A stretch of 64,000 nt of DNA from an uncultured Christensenella sp. (GCA_949294455.1 CASFHD010000003.1:8219-72218), one strand, 5' to 3'. Positions 27,236-37,462 are shown, counted from the stretch's first letter. Notes: a model not told the origin generated them from the sequence alone. Numbers and translations: made by a program.

Positions 27236-27439
27236 ATGAAAAGTGAACTTGATTTATTAATATCTGAATATTTAATGGTTTTATCTAATTGTGAAACTAG
27301 TTTGTCGCTTCCATCTATGCCAGAATTTAATGTTGATGCATACGATGATTTATATAAGGATATTGTAAATGAAATAGATTTTGAATATCGTTACACTGAT
27401 AGTTTTTTTATTAGTGAGAACTTTTTATCAGGAGAGTAA
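27236..27439 (+). CDS. putative MazE/EndoAI-like antitoxin, short and acidic
   Basis: 67-aa ORF with a GAGGG RBS, ending 1 nt before the mazF start. The acidic C-terminal half and ...FLSGE tail resemble the EndoAI tail as I recall it. No N-terminal RHH strand. Confidence 0.5.
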   Translation: MKSELDLLISEYLMVLSNCETSLSLPSMPEFNVDAYDDLYKDIVNEIDFEYRYTDSFFISENFLSGE

Positions 27440-27440
27440 T

Positions 27441-27788
27441 TTGGACATTTTAAGAGGAGATATTTACATTGCAGATTTAGGTCCAACAGTAGGCAGTGAG
27501 CAATCAGGCTTACGTCCTGTTTTAGTTATCCAAAACAATGTCGGAAATAAATACTCTCCAACTGTTATAATAGCGGCTATAACTTCTAGGTTAAATAAAG
27601 CAAAACTACCTACACATATCGAACTTCCAAAAGAATTGACAGGGCTTGAAAAGGATAGTGTTGTTTTGCTAGAACAGGTCAGAACTTTAGATAAATCCAG
27701 ACTTACTCATTACATATCAAGCGTAAATATTGATATTATGCAAAAGGTAGATGTTGGAATTATGATAAGTCTAGGACTGACTTTATAA
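27441..27788 (+). CDS. mazF: MazF/EndoA (NdoA) mRNA interferase toxin, TTG start
   Basis: [45 protein letters not shown]...KLPTH is near-identical in pattern to B. subtilis EndoA. GGAGAG RBS before TTG 27441. 115 aa. Confidence 0.9.
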   Translation: MDILRGDIYIADLGPTVGSEQSGLRPVLVIQNNVGNKYSPTVIIAAITSRLNKAKLPTHIELPKELTGLEKDSVVLLEQVRTLDKSRLTHYISSVNIDIMQKVDVGIMISLGLTL

Positions 27789-27846
27789 AATTTGACAAAT
27801 TTTTGTCTTTTTTTTTAATTCCCACATAGAATATACTAGGTGAATT

Positions 27847-28158
27847 ATGGAAAGTTCTTTTAATGAACTAAGGTGCAAAGAGGTTATTAATGTCGTTGAC
27901 GGCAAATCGCTCGGTAGAATAACCGATATTATTTTTGATGTGAAATGCGGTAAAATTTTAGGATTAGTAGTTCCCCCTGTAAATAGAAGTTTTATTTCTT
28001 TTTTAAAAGGTGGTAATGATATCTTTATTCCTTATCAAAATATTTGTAAATTTGGTGCTGATGTGATTTTAGTAGAAATGTATTTAAATGCTCCTTTTCA
28101 AGCAAAGCCTGGAAATAGAAATGAACATTGTGATAAACGACAAGAAATTTCATTTTAA
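27847..28158 (+). CDS. YlmC/YmxH-family sporulation protein (PRC barrel)
   Basis: EL..KEVINV.DG..LG.I.D...D...GKI..LVVP ... IP...I.K.G.DVILV pattern. Confidence 0.8.
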   Translation: MESSFNELRCKEVINVVDGKSLGRITDIIFDVKCGKILGLVVPPVNRSFISFLKGGNDIFIPYQNICKFGADVILVEMYLNAPFQAKPGNRNEHCDKRQEISF

Positions 28159-28227
28159 TATACAAAACATTTGATTAAATTCGACATTTTTGCTATCATA
28201 TACCTAGATTTAATTTAGGGAGTTAAT

Positions 28228-28665
28228 ATGAAATGCGTTTTTTGTGGTTCAACAGATAATAAAGTTGTTGATAGTAGATATTTAAAGGATAGCAGTATAA
28301 GGCGAAGAAGAAAATGTTTGAATTGTGGTATGAAATTTACTACCTATGAAACGGTAGAAAAAAGTCCACTTGTTGTTTTGAATGTTTTTAATGAAAGGGA
28401 GCCATTCAAATTTGAAAAGTTGCTAGAAAGCATAAATACTGCTGCATATTGCAGAGATTTAGTAGGCAAAACAAGTGAAGAAATTTGCTCGGAAATTGAA
28501 AAGAAATTGCTTGCATTGAAAAAACAGGAAATTACAACTGCCGAGATTGTAGATGTAGCTTTGCCTATTATAAAAGAAGTAGAACCTATGGTCGCTTTGG
28601 TTTATTTTACGCAACATACAGATTGTCAAGATTACAACAAAATAAGAATTTTTATAAACAGATAA
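28228..28665 (+). CDS. nrdR: transcriptional repressor NrdR
   Basis: N-terminal zinc ribbon MKCVFCGS...KVVDSR......IRRRR.C..CG.KFTTYE plus an ATP-cone region. Confidence 0.9.
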   Translation: MKCVFCGSTDNKVVDSRYLKDSSIRRRRKCLNCGMKFTTYETVEKSPLVVLNVFNEREPFKFEKLLESINTAAYCRDLVGKTSEEICSEIEKKLLALKKQEITTAEIVDVALPIIKEVEPMVALVYFTQHTDCQDYNKIRIFINR

Positions 28666-29225
28666 TGAAATATTTTATCTGTTTTTTATTCATTGTTGCA
28701 TTTTATTTTTGTATAATAATTAATGTAAAATTATATGAAAGATTAAAATTTAATTAATAATATTTGCTTTTAGAAAAATACGAAAGATTTGATTTTAAAA
28801 AATTAGTATTGCTGTTAAAAAAAAGTATCAAATTTAGTTAAACCTTACATTTTATCGTTTAATTGAAGAAATGTTTAAATTTTAAAAATTATTTTGTTTG
28901 TAGAAAAATTAAGAGTTGTATTTTGTAAAATAATAAATATGTCATAGAGTTAAATCTAATGTTTTATGGTTTAATTTTTGGAAATGTATAATGTTAGATA
29001 ATTTTTTTTAATTAAAGTATTAATAAAACATATTGCTATTTGTTCAATTTATTTAAAAATGAAGATTTGTTTAAAATTTAAAGAAGTAGATAATCTATTG
29101 AATTCTTTAATATTTATTTTGCAATCTATACATTTATAAGATGTATGGTATTTGTTAGATTTTTTAAACAATGAAGATAAGTCTGAAGTTAATAGATAAA
29201 TTTGAAATTAAATTTAATTTATTTA

Positions 29226-29254
29226 TTGACATAAAATGTTAAATGTGCTAAAAT
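29226..29254 (+). promoter_or_regulatory. candidate sigma-A promoter of the rplU operon: TTGACA, 17 nt, TGcTAAAAT
   Basis: Perfect -35, 17-nt spacer and extended -10. Confidence 0.55.
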
Positions 29255-29259
29255 CTCAT

Positions 29260-29325
29260 CGTAGTACCACACTGAAAAGGTTTTAACAGTTTATTCGACC
29301 TTAAGGGTGAGTCTTAATTTGTAAA
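29260..29325 (+). promoter_or_regulatory. probable ribosomal protein L21 leader RNA
   Basis: Relatively GC-rich structured 5' UTR between the promoter and the rplU RBS, at the position of the Firmicute L21 leader. The fold was not verified. Confidence 0.4.
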
Positions 29326-29335
29326 GGAGGGAACT

Positions 29336-29629
29336 ATGTACGCTATTGTTAAATCTGGTTCAAGAGAATACAAAGTTGCAGTTGGTGATATAATCGCTGT
29401 TGACAAGTTGAATCTTAATGTAGGCGAAAAAGTTGAACTTCCAGTTATTATGACTGTTGAAGATGGTAAAATTACTTTAAATAATAAATTAAAAGCAAAA
29501 GCCGAAGTTGTTGAACATTTTAAAGATAAAAAGATTGTCGTTTTCAAGTATAAAGCGAAGAAAAACGAGAGAAAGAAACAAGGACACAGACAAAGTTACA
29601 CAAAGATTAAGATTGAAAATATAGGTTAA
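29336..29629 (+). CDS. rplU: 50S ribosomal protein L21
   Basis: MYAIVKSGSREYKV start and AAAGGAGGG RBS. Confidence 0.95.
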   Translation: MYAIVKSGSREYKVAVGDIIAVDKLNLNVGEKVELPVIMTVEDGKITLNNKLKAKAEVVEHFKDKKIVVFKYKAKKNERKKQGHRQSYTKIKIENIG

Positions 29630-29631
29630 AT

Positions 29632-29955
29632 ATGACTAATATTACAGTTTTAAAAAAAGACGATAAAATTATGCAAATAACTGCAAAAAATCACTCTAAT
29701 TACAGTGAATTTGGTAAAGATATAGTATGTGCTGGAGTGTCTGCACTAATGCAAACACTTATAGTGTCTTTAAAAAATCTTACTAAATGCAAGTTTGAAT
29801 ATTGTATAGATGAATCAAAGGTTTTAATTGATGTAAAATTATTACAAAGCGATTATGAAGCACAAATAATTTTAGAGTCTGTGTTGTTGGGGCTTAAAGG
29901 TATCCAAGAAAATTACAAAAAATTTATTAATATTAAGGAGAAAGTTTATGAATAA
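29632..29955 (+). CDS. prp: ribosomal-processing cysteine protease Prp (YsxB)
   Basis: Lies between rplU and rpmA. H....[11 protein letters not shown] motif. Confidence 0.85.
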   Translation: MTNITVLKKDDKIMQITAKNHSNYSEFGKDIVCAGVSALMQTLIVSLKNLTKCKFEYCIDESKVLIDVKLLQSDYEAQIILESVLLGLKGIQENYKKFINIKEKVYE

Positions 29956-30238
29956 GATGATTTTATTCAATTTGCAATTCTTCGCTCATAAAAAAGGTAT
30001 GGGTAGCACTAAAAATGGTAGAGATAGTAACCCTAAATACCTTGGTCTTAAAAGGGCAGATGGACAAACAGTTTTATCTGGCAACATTTTAGTAAGACAA
30101 AGAGGAACAAAGATTCACCCAGGTAAAAATGTTGGTTTAAGTAGAGATTATACTTTATTTGCTTTAACTGATGGAATTTTAAGATTTAGAAAAGATTCTA
30201 AGGGCAGAAAGATTGCTGTTGTAGAACCAAAAATTTAA
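29948..30238 (+). CDS. rpmA: 50S ribosomal protein L27 with cleavable N-terminal extension
   Basis: FNLQFFA|HKKG Prp cleavage motif followed by GSTKNGRDS. Confidence 0.95.
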   Translation: MNKMILFNLQFFAHKKGMGSTKNGRDSNPKYLGLKRADGQTVLSGNILVRQRGTKIHPGKNVGLSRDYTLFALTDGILRFRKDSKGRKIAVVEPKI

Positions 30239-30240
30239 TT

Positions 30241-30275
30241 AAAAAAAGTTTACTTGTTGAGTAAACTTTTTTCGT
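30241..30275 (+). terminator. rho-independent terminator
   Basis: Stem aaaagtttac/gtaaactttt followed by a T run. Confidence 0.7.
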
Positions 30276-30308
30276 TTTTTTAATAGTTTATATGATATTT
30301 TGATTAAT

Positions 30309-31580
30309 TTAAGAAATTGAATATTCAAAAACATCACGAAATTTTGTGTTGCCTGTTTTTGTTTTTATTATTTTTATGTAACAATTTTTTATTGCTTCAT
30401 TTAGATAATTTTCAAAATTCATTAACATCTTTTTTTCTGTTTCATCTTTAAATTTTATGTCATTTTTTTCGATTTGATATTTTTTATAAAATTTAATTAA
30501 TTGATTTTTTAAGATATCTCTACATTCTATAATTTTTGCACTTCTAGAATATGAACAAATTTCATATTCTAAGTTGCTTAGTGCCTCATCTATATATTCC
30601 ATAAATGTTGAAATTAATTCATCAAATGTATCAGTCTCTATGTGATTTATAACATTTTCTGATTCTTCTTGTTTTATATTTAAGGTGCTTGCTTTTCTTC
30701 TTTTTAAACTTCTTGCTTTTTTTTGTTCATTTTTCCATTGTGCTATATATTGGTCTTTTCCGTAAATTGTGTTGTCATTTTTTGTATATTCTACTTTGTT
30801 TACTAGAGAATTATAACATCTAATTAAAGCATCATCTATATATTTAGAATTGTTAATAAATTTTTGTAAACTTGAATTATTAATGTAAGTTTCAGGATAC
30901 AACTCTCCATCTAATGCTTTATTATTGTCAAGAATTTGTACTTCTTTTAGAATATTTATTAATAAATTAACATTATATTTTAGTTCCTCTAAGAAATCTT
31001 TTGTCAGTATTTTAGTTATAGGATTATTAAATTCATCAAAATCTGGTTCATCATTTTCAATTTTCACTGTTAATAAATAATTATACACATTATTTAAAAA
31101 ATAAATAGCACTATCAACCGTAGCATTCGCTCCTAAAATGTTTTTATTATTGATAATAATTTCATCAACATTTTTTATACCATTTAAATAATTATATATT
31201 AGGTCGATATATCCAATATTAGAATATGAATTAGAACCATCAAAATAATCAAACATTTCTGTCAGTGTTTTTACGATATTAGATTGAGGGTGAGTTATAC
31301 TAAGTTGATTTAAATTTATAGCATTTAAATCAGTTGCTTGCATTCCTTTAAAATCTGAATAAATTTTTTTAAATTTTCTTAAAGTTTTTCTAAGTTTAGA
31401 TATGTATTCCTTAGGGTTAATATTTTTCAAAGTATAGAAAGGTACATTTTTTATAGTGTCGTCGTTGTAAATTGAACCACAAAGATTTGATGTAACCAAA
31501 CTATGTAAGTCAGTATTTGTAATAAAATTTTTATTTTTTTTATTGTTATATATCATATTATATAAAAGATCTTTTGACAT
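30309..31580 (-). CDS. hypothetical protein, lineage-specific, helical, with an internal K/R-rich stretch
   Basis: 423-aa ORF from ATG 31580, which has a GGAG RBS. The track's 31607 start lacks one. No motif recognised. Confidence 0.55.
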   Translation of the reverse strand: MSKDLLYNMIYNNKKNKNFITNTDLHSLVTSNLCGSIYNDDTIKNVPFYTLKNINPKEYISKLRKTLRKFKKIYSDFKGMQATDLNAINLNQLSITHPQSNIVKTLTEMFDYFDGSNSYSNIGYIDLIYNYLNGIKNVDEIIINNKNILGANATVDSAIYFLNNVYNYLLTVKIENDEPDFDEFNNPITKILTKDFLEELKYNVNLLINILKEVQILDNNKALDGELYPETYINNSSLQKFINNSKYIDDALIRCYNSLVNKVEYTKNDNTIYGKDQYIAQWKNEQKKARSLKRRKASTLNIKQEESENVINHIETDTFDELISTFMEYIDEALSNLEYEICSYSRSAKIIECRDILKNQLIKFYKKYQIEKNDIKFKDETEKKMLMNFENYLNEAIKNCYIKIIKTKTGNTKFRDVFEYSIS

Positions 31581-31745
31581 AGATACTCCACGATTGAATA
31601 TTAACACGAGAACAATAACTTGTCAATATGAAATTTGATAATCTAATCGGCGTTTAAACTTGTGATTAAAATATTTAAAAATATATAATGTAAGTTTTAA
31701 TAAATTGCATATAAAAATAAAAAGAAAAAAATTTTGAAAAAATAG

Positions 31746-31791
31746 TTGACAAATTAAAAACAATGGAATATAATAGTCAAAGATAGTCAAA
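31746..31791 (+). promoter_or_regulatory. sigma-A promoter (TTGACA, 17 nt, TATAAT) abutting a CtsR operator AGTCAAAGATAGTCAAA
   Basis: -35 at 31746-31751 and -10 at 31769-31774. The direct heptad repeat AGTCAAA-N3-AGTCAAA at 31775-31791 matches the CtsR box consensus (A/G)GTCAAA-NAN-(A/G)GTCAAA. Confidence 0.75.
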
Positions 31792-31911
31792 ATGATTAAA
31801 AAGTATGATTATCTATTGCTAGTTCAAAGCATTTATTGGATTTTAGTATATTTAGCAATGTTTCAGTAAATACTTTAAACTAAAACAAATTAAAAATAAA
31901 AAGGGGGTTTT

Positions 31912-32379
31912 GTGGCAAAAGATTCGATTACTGACACTATAGAAAAGTTTTTGTTGGATAATCTTGGCGATGATGGTGTGCTTGAGTTGTCAAGAAATGA
32001 TTTGGCGAAATATTTTTCTTGTGTGCCTAGTCAGATAAATTATGTTTTAAATACTAGATTTACAGTAAAACGAGGTTTTTCTATCGAAAGTGAACGAGGT
32101 GGTGCGGGTTTTGTAAAATTAATTAGACTTAACGAAAACAAAGATGCATACATCAATAAACTTTATAAGATTTGTGAAAATTCAATCACACAAACTGAAT
32201 GTTCGCAAATTTTGGATAGTTTAAAAAATAAAGAATATATTAATGATGATGAATTTAATTTGTTGAGAATTGTTATGTCAAATAAGGCATTGCAAAATCC
32301 TATAATTATGCAAAATAGCATTCGTAGCAACATTTTGCGTGAACTAATAGGTTTCTTAGATAGAAGAAAAAACAATTAA
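31912..32379 (+). CDS. ctsR: class III stress-gene repressor CtsR, GTG start
   Basis: SD.IE..L........LE..R..LA..F.C.PSQINYVL.TRFT...G...ES.RGG.G pattern. GGGGG RBS. Confidence 0.9.
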   Translation: MAKDSITDTIEKFLLDNLGDDGVLELSRNDLAKYFSCVPSQINYVLNTRFTVKRGFSIESERGGAGFVKLIRLNENKDAYINKLYKICENSITQTECSQILDSLKNKEYINDDEFNLLRIVMSNKALQNPIIMQNSIRSNILRELIGFLDRRKNN

Positions 32380-32401
32380 TTATATATTTTGGAGGTTTAT
32401 T

Positions 32402-32863
32402 ATGAAATGTGAAAATTGTAAAAAGAATGAAGCTAATTTTCATTCAACTTATATTATTAATGGGAAAAAAGAAGAACACAATTTATGTATAGATTGTGCT
32501 GACAAATTAGGTTATTTAAAACGCGGTGTTGATGATGTATTTGATGATTTTAATATGTTTGATGCTTATATTGATTATGGTAAGAGTTTAAAGAGATTAG
32601 AAAACACATTCTCACAAATTGAGCGTGCGTTATTTGGGGATTTTAATGAAAACAAAATAGATTCTCCTAAAAAATCTTATAAAAATTTAAGATATAATGA
32701 AAAAACAGTTAATGATAAATCTAATAATTTTAAACCACACAGACCAACTGAACTAGAAAAATTAAAAAATCAATTGAAACTAGCAGTTTCAGAAGAAAGA
32801 TACGAAGATGCTGCAGTTATAAATAAAAAGATAAAAGAAATTGAAAAAAATAATAAAAACTAA
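32402..32863 (+). CDS. mcsA: McsA-like protein with CxxC zinc fingers and a UVR domain
   Basis: CENC...CIDC at the N-terminus and a C-terminal UVR-type helix LKLAVSEERYEDAAVINKKIKEIE. Positioned between ctsR and clpC. Confidence 0.7.
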   Translation: MKCENCKKNEANFHSTYIINGKKEEHNLCIDCADKLGYLKRGVDDVFDDFNMFDAYIDYGKSLKRLENTFSQIERALFGDFNENKIDSPKKSYKNLRYNEKTVNDKSNNFKPHRPTELEKLKNQLKLAVSEERYEDAAVINKKIKEIEKNNKN

Positions 32864-32903
32864 ACTTTTGAAAATTTAATTTTTCAAATTAATTGGAGTA
32901 AAT

Positions 32904-35387
32904 ATGATATATAATTTTACAGACCTTGCCAACTCTGCTTTACAAACTGCAGTGATTACTGCACAAAATTTTGGTGGAGAAGTAGGGACAGAACACATTT
33001 TATATGGTATATTAAGTCAAAGACAATCCAAAGCGTCTAAACTTTTATATCATTATAAAATAACTACTGAAAATTTTATGGAAATTTTAGAAGGCGAAGA
33101 TAAAATACCCGTATCAAATTATGAGTTTACCCCAAGATGTAAAGAAATGTTTTTGATTGCTAACACTGTGGCTAAAAGACTTAACTCAAATTACATTTCT
33201 ACAGAGCATTTACTTTTAGCGATTTTATCGCAAACAGAAAGTTATGCAGTTAATATTTTGGGTGGAATTTATAAAGTCAATGTGTTTGAAATGCGTCAAA
33301 ATCTTTTAAATATGTTAAATCCTACTTCAGTAAAGACAAATAAACAAGCAACTTATGATTATGAAAGCAATGGTTTTTATCAAGTTGGAAATCTTCATAA
33401 AAATGGCAATAATTTTAGCGACTATGATAATGATTATCAAGCAGAAAGTGAGTTGCCTGAAGAGTTAAAAGATATGGGTACTGACCTTACTGCACGAGCA
33501 AAAGCGGGCAAAATCGACCCTATAATTGGCAGAGAAAAGGAAATTGAAAGGGTAATAGAAATTTTGTGTCGAAAAACGAAAAACAACCCTGTTTTAATTG
33601 GTGAAGCGGGAGTTGGTAAAAGTGCAATTGTAGAAGGTTTGGCAGTAAAAATTGTAAAAGGAGAAGTCCCAACATTTTTACAAAACAAAATCATTTACAG
33701 TTTAAATATTGGAGAAATGATGGCGGGCACTAAATATCGTGGTGCTATGGAAGAAAAGTTGAAAAACTTAATTAACATCATAACTAACAATAAAAATATT
33801 ATAACATTTATTGATGAAATTCACACACTTGCACAAGCAGGAAGTGAAAAAGGTGAAACAAGTCCTGCTGATATGTTAAAGCCATATTTAGCAAGAGGTG
33901 AAATGCAAACTATAGGTGCTACTACAACAGATGAATACAGAAAATTCATCGAAAAAGATAAGGCACTAGAAAGAAGATTTCAACCAATACTAGTAAATGC
34001 ACCTAGCGTTGAGGATACAATTAAAATTTTAAAAGGTATTCGTGATAGTTTTGAGGCATATCACAAAGTAAAAATTACAGATGAAGCAATTGTTTCCGCT
34101 GTTGAACTTAGTGATAAATACATTGTTGACAGAAGTTTGCCTGATAAAGCAATAGATTGTATTGATGAAGCATCTTCTAGGGCAAAGGTGAAAGCGAATA
34201 CAAAGACTGATGAAGATAAAGCATTAGAAGAAAGATTAATTAAATTAGAAGCGAACAAGGAAGATGCTGTAAATCAAGAGGATTTTGAAAAGGCAAGCAA
34301 ATTAAGAGATGAAATAGCGCTATTAAAGCGACAAATTTCTAAAGATGAAAGTTTGCCTGTAGTTGCTCGTGATGGAATTTATTCAATTGGTGAAAAAGAG
34401 ATAGCAGAAGTAATTTCTAAATGGACTAATATTCCAGTTAGTAAATTGACAGAGGGAGAAACCGAAAAATTAATTAATCTTGAAAGCATTTTAAAGGCTC
34501 GTATTAAAGGTCAAGATGAAGCAATTAGTGTCATTGCAAAGGCAATTAGAAGGTCAAGAATTAAAATAAATACTGAATCTAAACGACCTATTGGAAGCTT
34601 CTTGTTTTTGGGAACTACAGGCGTTGGTAAAACCGAAGTTGCAAAAGCATTAGCAGAGGCGTTGTTTGATGGCGAAGATAAAATGATAAGATTCGATATG
34701 TCTGAATTTATGGAAAGTCATAGCGTTTCAAAATTAATTGGTAGTCCTCCAGGATATGTAGGATTTGAAGATGCAGGACAGTTGACAGAGGCAGTAAGGC
34801 GTAAACCTTATTCAGTAGTACTTTTTGATGAAATAGAAAAAGCACACCCTGATGTATTCAATGTTCTATTGCAAATTCTTGAAGATGGAAGACTAACTGA
34901 TAGCCACGGTAGAGTAGTAAGTTTTAGAAATACTATAATAATTTTAACATCAAACATTGGCAGTGATAAATTAAATTCTAAACGAATTAATTTAGGGTTT
35001 AAAGATGGCGAACAAAAGAATGAAAAAGAAATTGCCTTAGATGAACTTAAAAAGTTCTTCAGACCAGAACTAATTAATCGTATTGATAATATTGTAGTAT
35101 TTAATAGATTGTCTAAAGATGTTTTAAAAGATATTGCTAAAAATATGATTGCAAAATTATCAAATGAAATTCAAAAATCAAATAATATCACTATCGCATT
35201 AACTGATAGTGCTTATGATTACCTTATAAAGCATGGCACTAATGAAGATTACGGTGCAAGACCTTTAAGAAGATTAATAACAAGCGAAATAGAAGATGAA
35301 CTTGCTGATTTGATATTAAAAGGCGATAAAAAAGAAGGCGATAATATTTTGATAGATTGCGTAAATGATAAATTAATCTTTAATTAA
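32904..35387 (+). CDS. clpC: ATP-dependent Clp protease ATP-binding subunit ClpC
   Basis: Clp N repeats, two AAA+ modules ([18 protein letters not shown]) and a UVR linker [13 protein letters not shown]. Confidence 0.9.
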   Translation: MIYNFTDLANSALQTAVITAQNFGGEVGTEHILYGILSQRQSKASKLLYHYKITTENFMEILEGEDKIPVSNYEFTPRCKEMFLIANTVAKRLNSNYISTEHLLLAILSQTESYAVNILGGIYKVNVFEMRQNLLNMLNPTSVKTNKQATYDYESNGFYQVGNLHKNGNNFSDYDNDYQAESELPEELKDMGTDLTARAKAGKIDPIIGREKEIERVIEILCRKTKNNPVLIGEAGVGKSAIVEGLAVKIVKGEVPTFLQNKIIYSLNIGEMMAGTKYRGAMEEKLKNLINIITNNKNIITFIDEIHTLAQAGSEKGETSPADMLKPYLARGEMQTIGATTTDEYRKFIEKDKALERRFQPILVNAPSVEDTIKILKGIRDSFEAYHKVKITDEAIVSAVELSDKYIVDRSLPDKAIDCIDEASSRAKVKANTKTDEDKALEERLIKLEANKEDAVNQEDFEKASKLRDEIALLKRQISKDESLPVVARDGIYSIGEKEIAEVISKWTNIPVSKLTEGETEKLINLESILKARIKGQDEAISVIAKAIRRSRIKINTESKRPIGSFLFLGTTGVGKTEVAKALAEALFDGEDKMIRFDMSEFMESHSVSKLIGSPPGYVGFEDAGQLTEAVRRKPYSVVLFDEIEKAHPDVFNVLLQILEDGRLTDSHGRVVSFRNTIIILTSNIGSDKLNSKRINLGFKDGEQKNEKEIALDELKKFFRPELINRIDNIVVFNRLSKDVLKDIAKNMIAKLSNEIQKSNNITIALTDSAYDYLIKHGTNEDYGARPLRRLITSEIEDELADLILKGDKKEGDNILIDCVNDKLIFN

Positions 35388-35996
35388 TCCATATTCCATA
35401 TAAATATTTTTAAAGCCAGGTATAGCGTGATTAGAAGAAATTATAACCATACAATTAGGATTTTGTTCCAAAAGCGAGTTTAAAAAATCTAAATATGATT
35501 TTTCATCTAATACAAATTCATTAAAATTCAATTCAATTAAAAGTAAGTCTAATGGGCGTAAAAATGCTCTCATTAGGCTTATTTTTTGTTTTTGCAAAAT
35601 TGAAAGATTTTTTATGTTGTCATTCAAATTTATGTCGTTTAACAAATTTTTTATATAATTCACATCAAAATTGATGTTTTTTCTAATTTTTTTTATAAAT
35701 TTTATATTATTTATTACTTTTTTTGATTTTAAAATTGGAGTTTCAGGTAAAAATGCTATATTGATATCTGATTTATATGATATTTTTTTTATATCGTTAT
35801 TGTTGATTTTTATATTGCCTTTAAAATTAACTAATTTAGACAAGGCGTATAATAAAATCTTATTGCCTGAATATTCGTCGCCAACTAAACAGATTTTCCT
35901 ATCATTAAATTCGCAATTATTAATTCTTAATAAGTCAAATCTCTTGTCAAAAGAAATCACTAAATTTTCAAATTTTACATTGTTTACCATGGACAT
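35373..35996 (-). CDS. ABC-ATPase-fold protein with degenerate catalytic motifs
   Basis: Collinear with an ABC NBD, but Walker A is GDEYSGNK, the Q-loop is LPETP, the signature is LSILQ and Walker B is LLLIEL. The 3' end overlaps the clpC 3' end by 15 nt. Confidence 0.6.
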   Translation of the reverse strand: MSMVNNVKFENLVISFDKRFDLLRINNCEFNDRKICLVGDEYSGNKILLYALSKLVNFKGNIKINNNDIKKISYKSDINIAFLPETPILKSKKVINNIKFIKKIRKNINFDVNYIKNLLNDINLNDNIKNLSILQKQKISLMRAFLRPLDLLLIELNFNEFVLDEKSYLDFLNSLLEQNPNCMVIISSNHAIPGFKNIYMEYGLIKD

Positions 35997-36035
35997 ATTT
36001 TAACAAACTTAATTAAATTTTACAACTTAAAATTT

Positions 36036-37148
36036 TCAAAATTGTAAATATCCGCTTCCTTCTTCATTTCTATTTCTAGATATTGGGTGGCAGTTTTTGA
36101 TTAAACCAAATTTTACTCTGTCTGGCGATAGGGTTTTATCTTTTTGAAGCATTATGGCAACAATTGAAGCGACTATTGGAGTACTTACACTAGTGCCACT
36201 AAGCGTTGTATATAGTTTAGTGTGATAGGTAGAATGAAGTTCTACTCCAGGAACTACTAAATCAGGTTTAAAATGGTCGAATGCCGGACCTCGTGAAGAA
36301 AAATCTGCAACTTTTAAACTCTCTTTTCTTCCGTCATCAATTGAACCAACACTTATTACTTTATAATAAGTCGCAGGAGATTTTATGCTACTTTTTTGAG
36401 GTCCTGAATTTCCTGCGGCGCAGACTATAGTTATTCCTTTTTCCCATAATGCTTTTACACCTTTTACTAGCGGGTCAAAATTTCCCATTGATTCCGCACC
36501 AAAACTCATACAAACAACTTTTATATCTAGGTTTTCTGCATTATCATAAATGTATTCCATTGCCTGTAAAATCTTAGAACTACTAGCAATTCCATTTGCT
36601 TCAATTGCCTTTATCATAACTATTTGAGATTTTGATGCTATAGCACGATATTTTCTACCACTGCAAAGTCCACTTGAACACGCTATCCCAGCAACAAAAG
36701 TGCCGTGACCATTATCATCATAAGGCTCTGTTTTTTTGTTTACTAGGTCAACAAATTTTTTAATTCTGTTAATAGGTGTTATAAAATCTATATGAGGAGA
36801 TATACCGGTATCTATAAATGCTATTGTTATGTTTTCGCCATTATATTTTTTCTCGGTTAAATTCTCTATATTTATGAATTTTTTTGCTTTATCAATTAGC
36901 GTAGAAACACAAGTGTCATTCATTATTTTGTTAACACTTGAAAGATTGGAAAGTTCTGACAAATTTTTAAAATCTGTAAAAATTGTGAAAGAATTTATAA
37001 ATTTATGATAAAAATATGGTATTTTTTTTAAATTTAGTTCATTTTTTAATCTTTTTTCGTTATTTGTTGTAAGAATGTAATAATTTTTTTGTTTACTTAA
37101 AATGCTGGCGGAATTTAAAATATCTTTGTGAAACTTTAACTTGTTCAT
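36036..37148 (-). CDS. subtilisin-family (S8) serine protease, no signal peptide, N-terminal pro-region
   Basis: Complete catalytic set: AFIDTGI (Asp), HGTFVAG (His), AAGNSG (oxyanion Asn) and SGTSVSTP (Ser). Confidence 0.85.
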   Translation of the reverse strand: MNKLKFHKDILNSASILSKQKNYYILTTNNEKRLKNELNLKKIPYFYHKFINSFTIFTDFKNLSELSNLSSVNKIMNDTCVSTLIDKAKKFINIENLTEKKYNGENITIAFIDTGISPHIDFITPINRIKKFVDLVNKKTEPYDDNGHGTFVAGIACSSGLCSGRKYRAIASKSQIVMIKAIEANGIASSSKILQAMEYIYDNAENLDIKVVCMSFGAESMGNFDPLVKGVKALWEKGITIVCAAGNSGPQKSSIKSPATYYKVISVGSIDDGRKESLKVADFSSRGPAFDHFKPDLVVPGVELHSTYHTKLYTTLSGTSVSTPIVASIVAIMLQKDKTLSPDRVKFGLIKNCHPISRNRNEEGSGYLQF

Positions 37149-37152
37149 AATT

Positions 37153-37434
37153 TTACTTTAATCTATTTACTAGATTTTCCAATAATTTTTTTTGCTCGTC
37201 ATTTAAAAAAGGTGCAAGCGTTGAATTTAAACCTTCTAATTGTTCATTAGTTAAATTTCCATTTTGTTTTAATTCATTTGCTTTTTTATATAATTCATCT
37301 TGCAATTGTTCGGAGTTTAAATCCTTATATTGATTCAATATATTTTCGTATTCTTTTTTCTCTTCGCTATTTTCTTCTTTTACTTTATTAATATATTCAT
37401 TTGAACAAAATTCTTCATCAAATATACTTTTCAT
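37153..37434 (-). CDS. hypothetical small acidic helical protein
   Basis: 93-aa ORF with an AGGAG RBS, ending 4 nt upstream of the protease gene, so probably co-transcribed. Confidence 0.5.
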   Translation of the reverse strand: MKSIFDEEFCSNEYINKVKEENSEEKKEYENILNQYKDLNSEQLQDELYKKANELKQNGNLTNEQLEGLNSTLAPFLNDEQKKLLENLVNRLK

Positions 37435-37462
37435 AAATCTCCTTTTTAACTAAAATTATTTT

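Noticed and set aside
35671-36003. 110-aa + strand ORF
   Set aside because: It is the antisense shadow of the ABC-like gene, whose translation shows ordered NBD motifs. The + strand product is F/I/L-rich junk.
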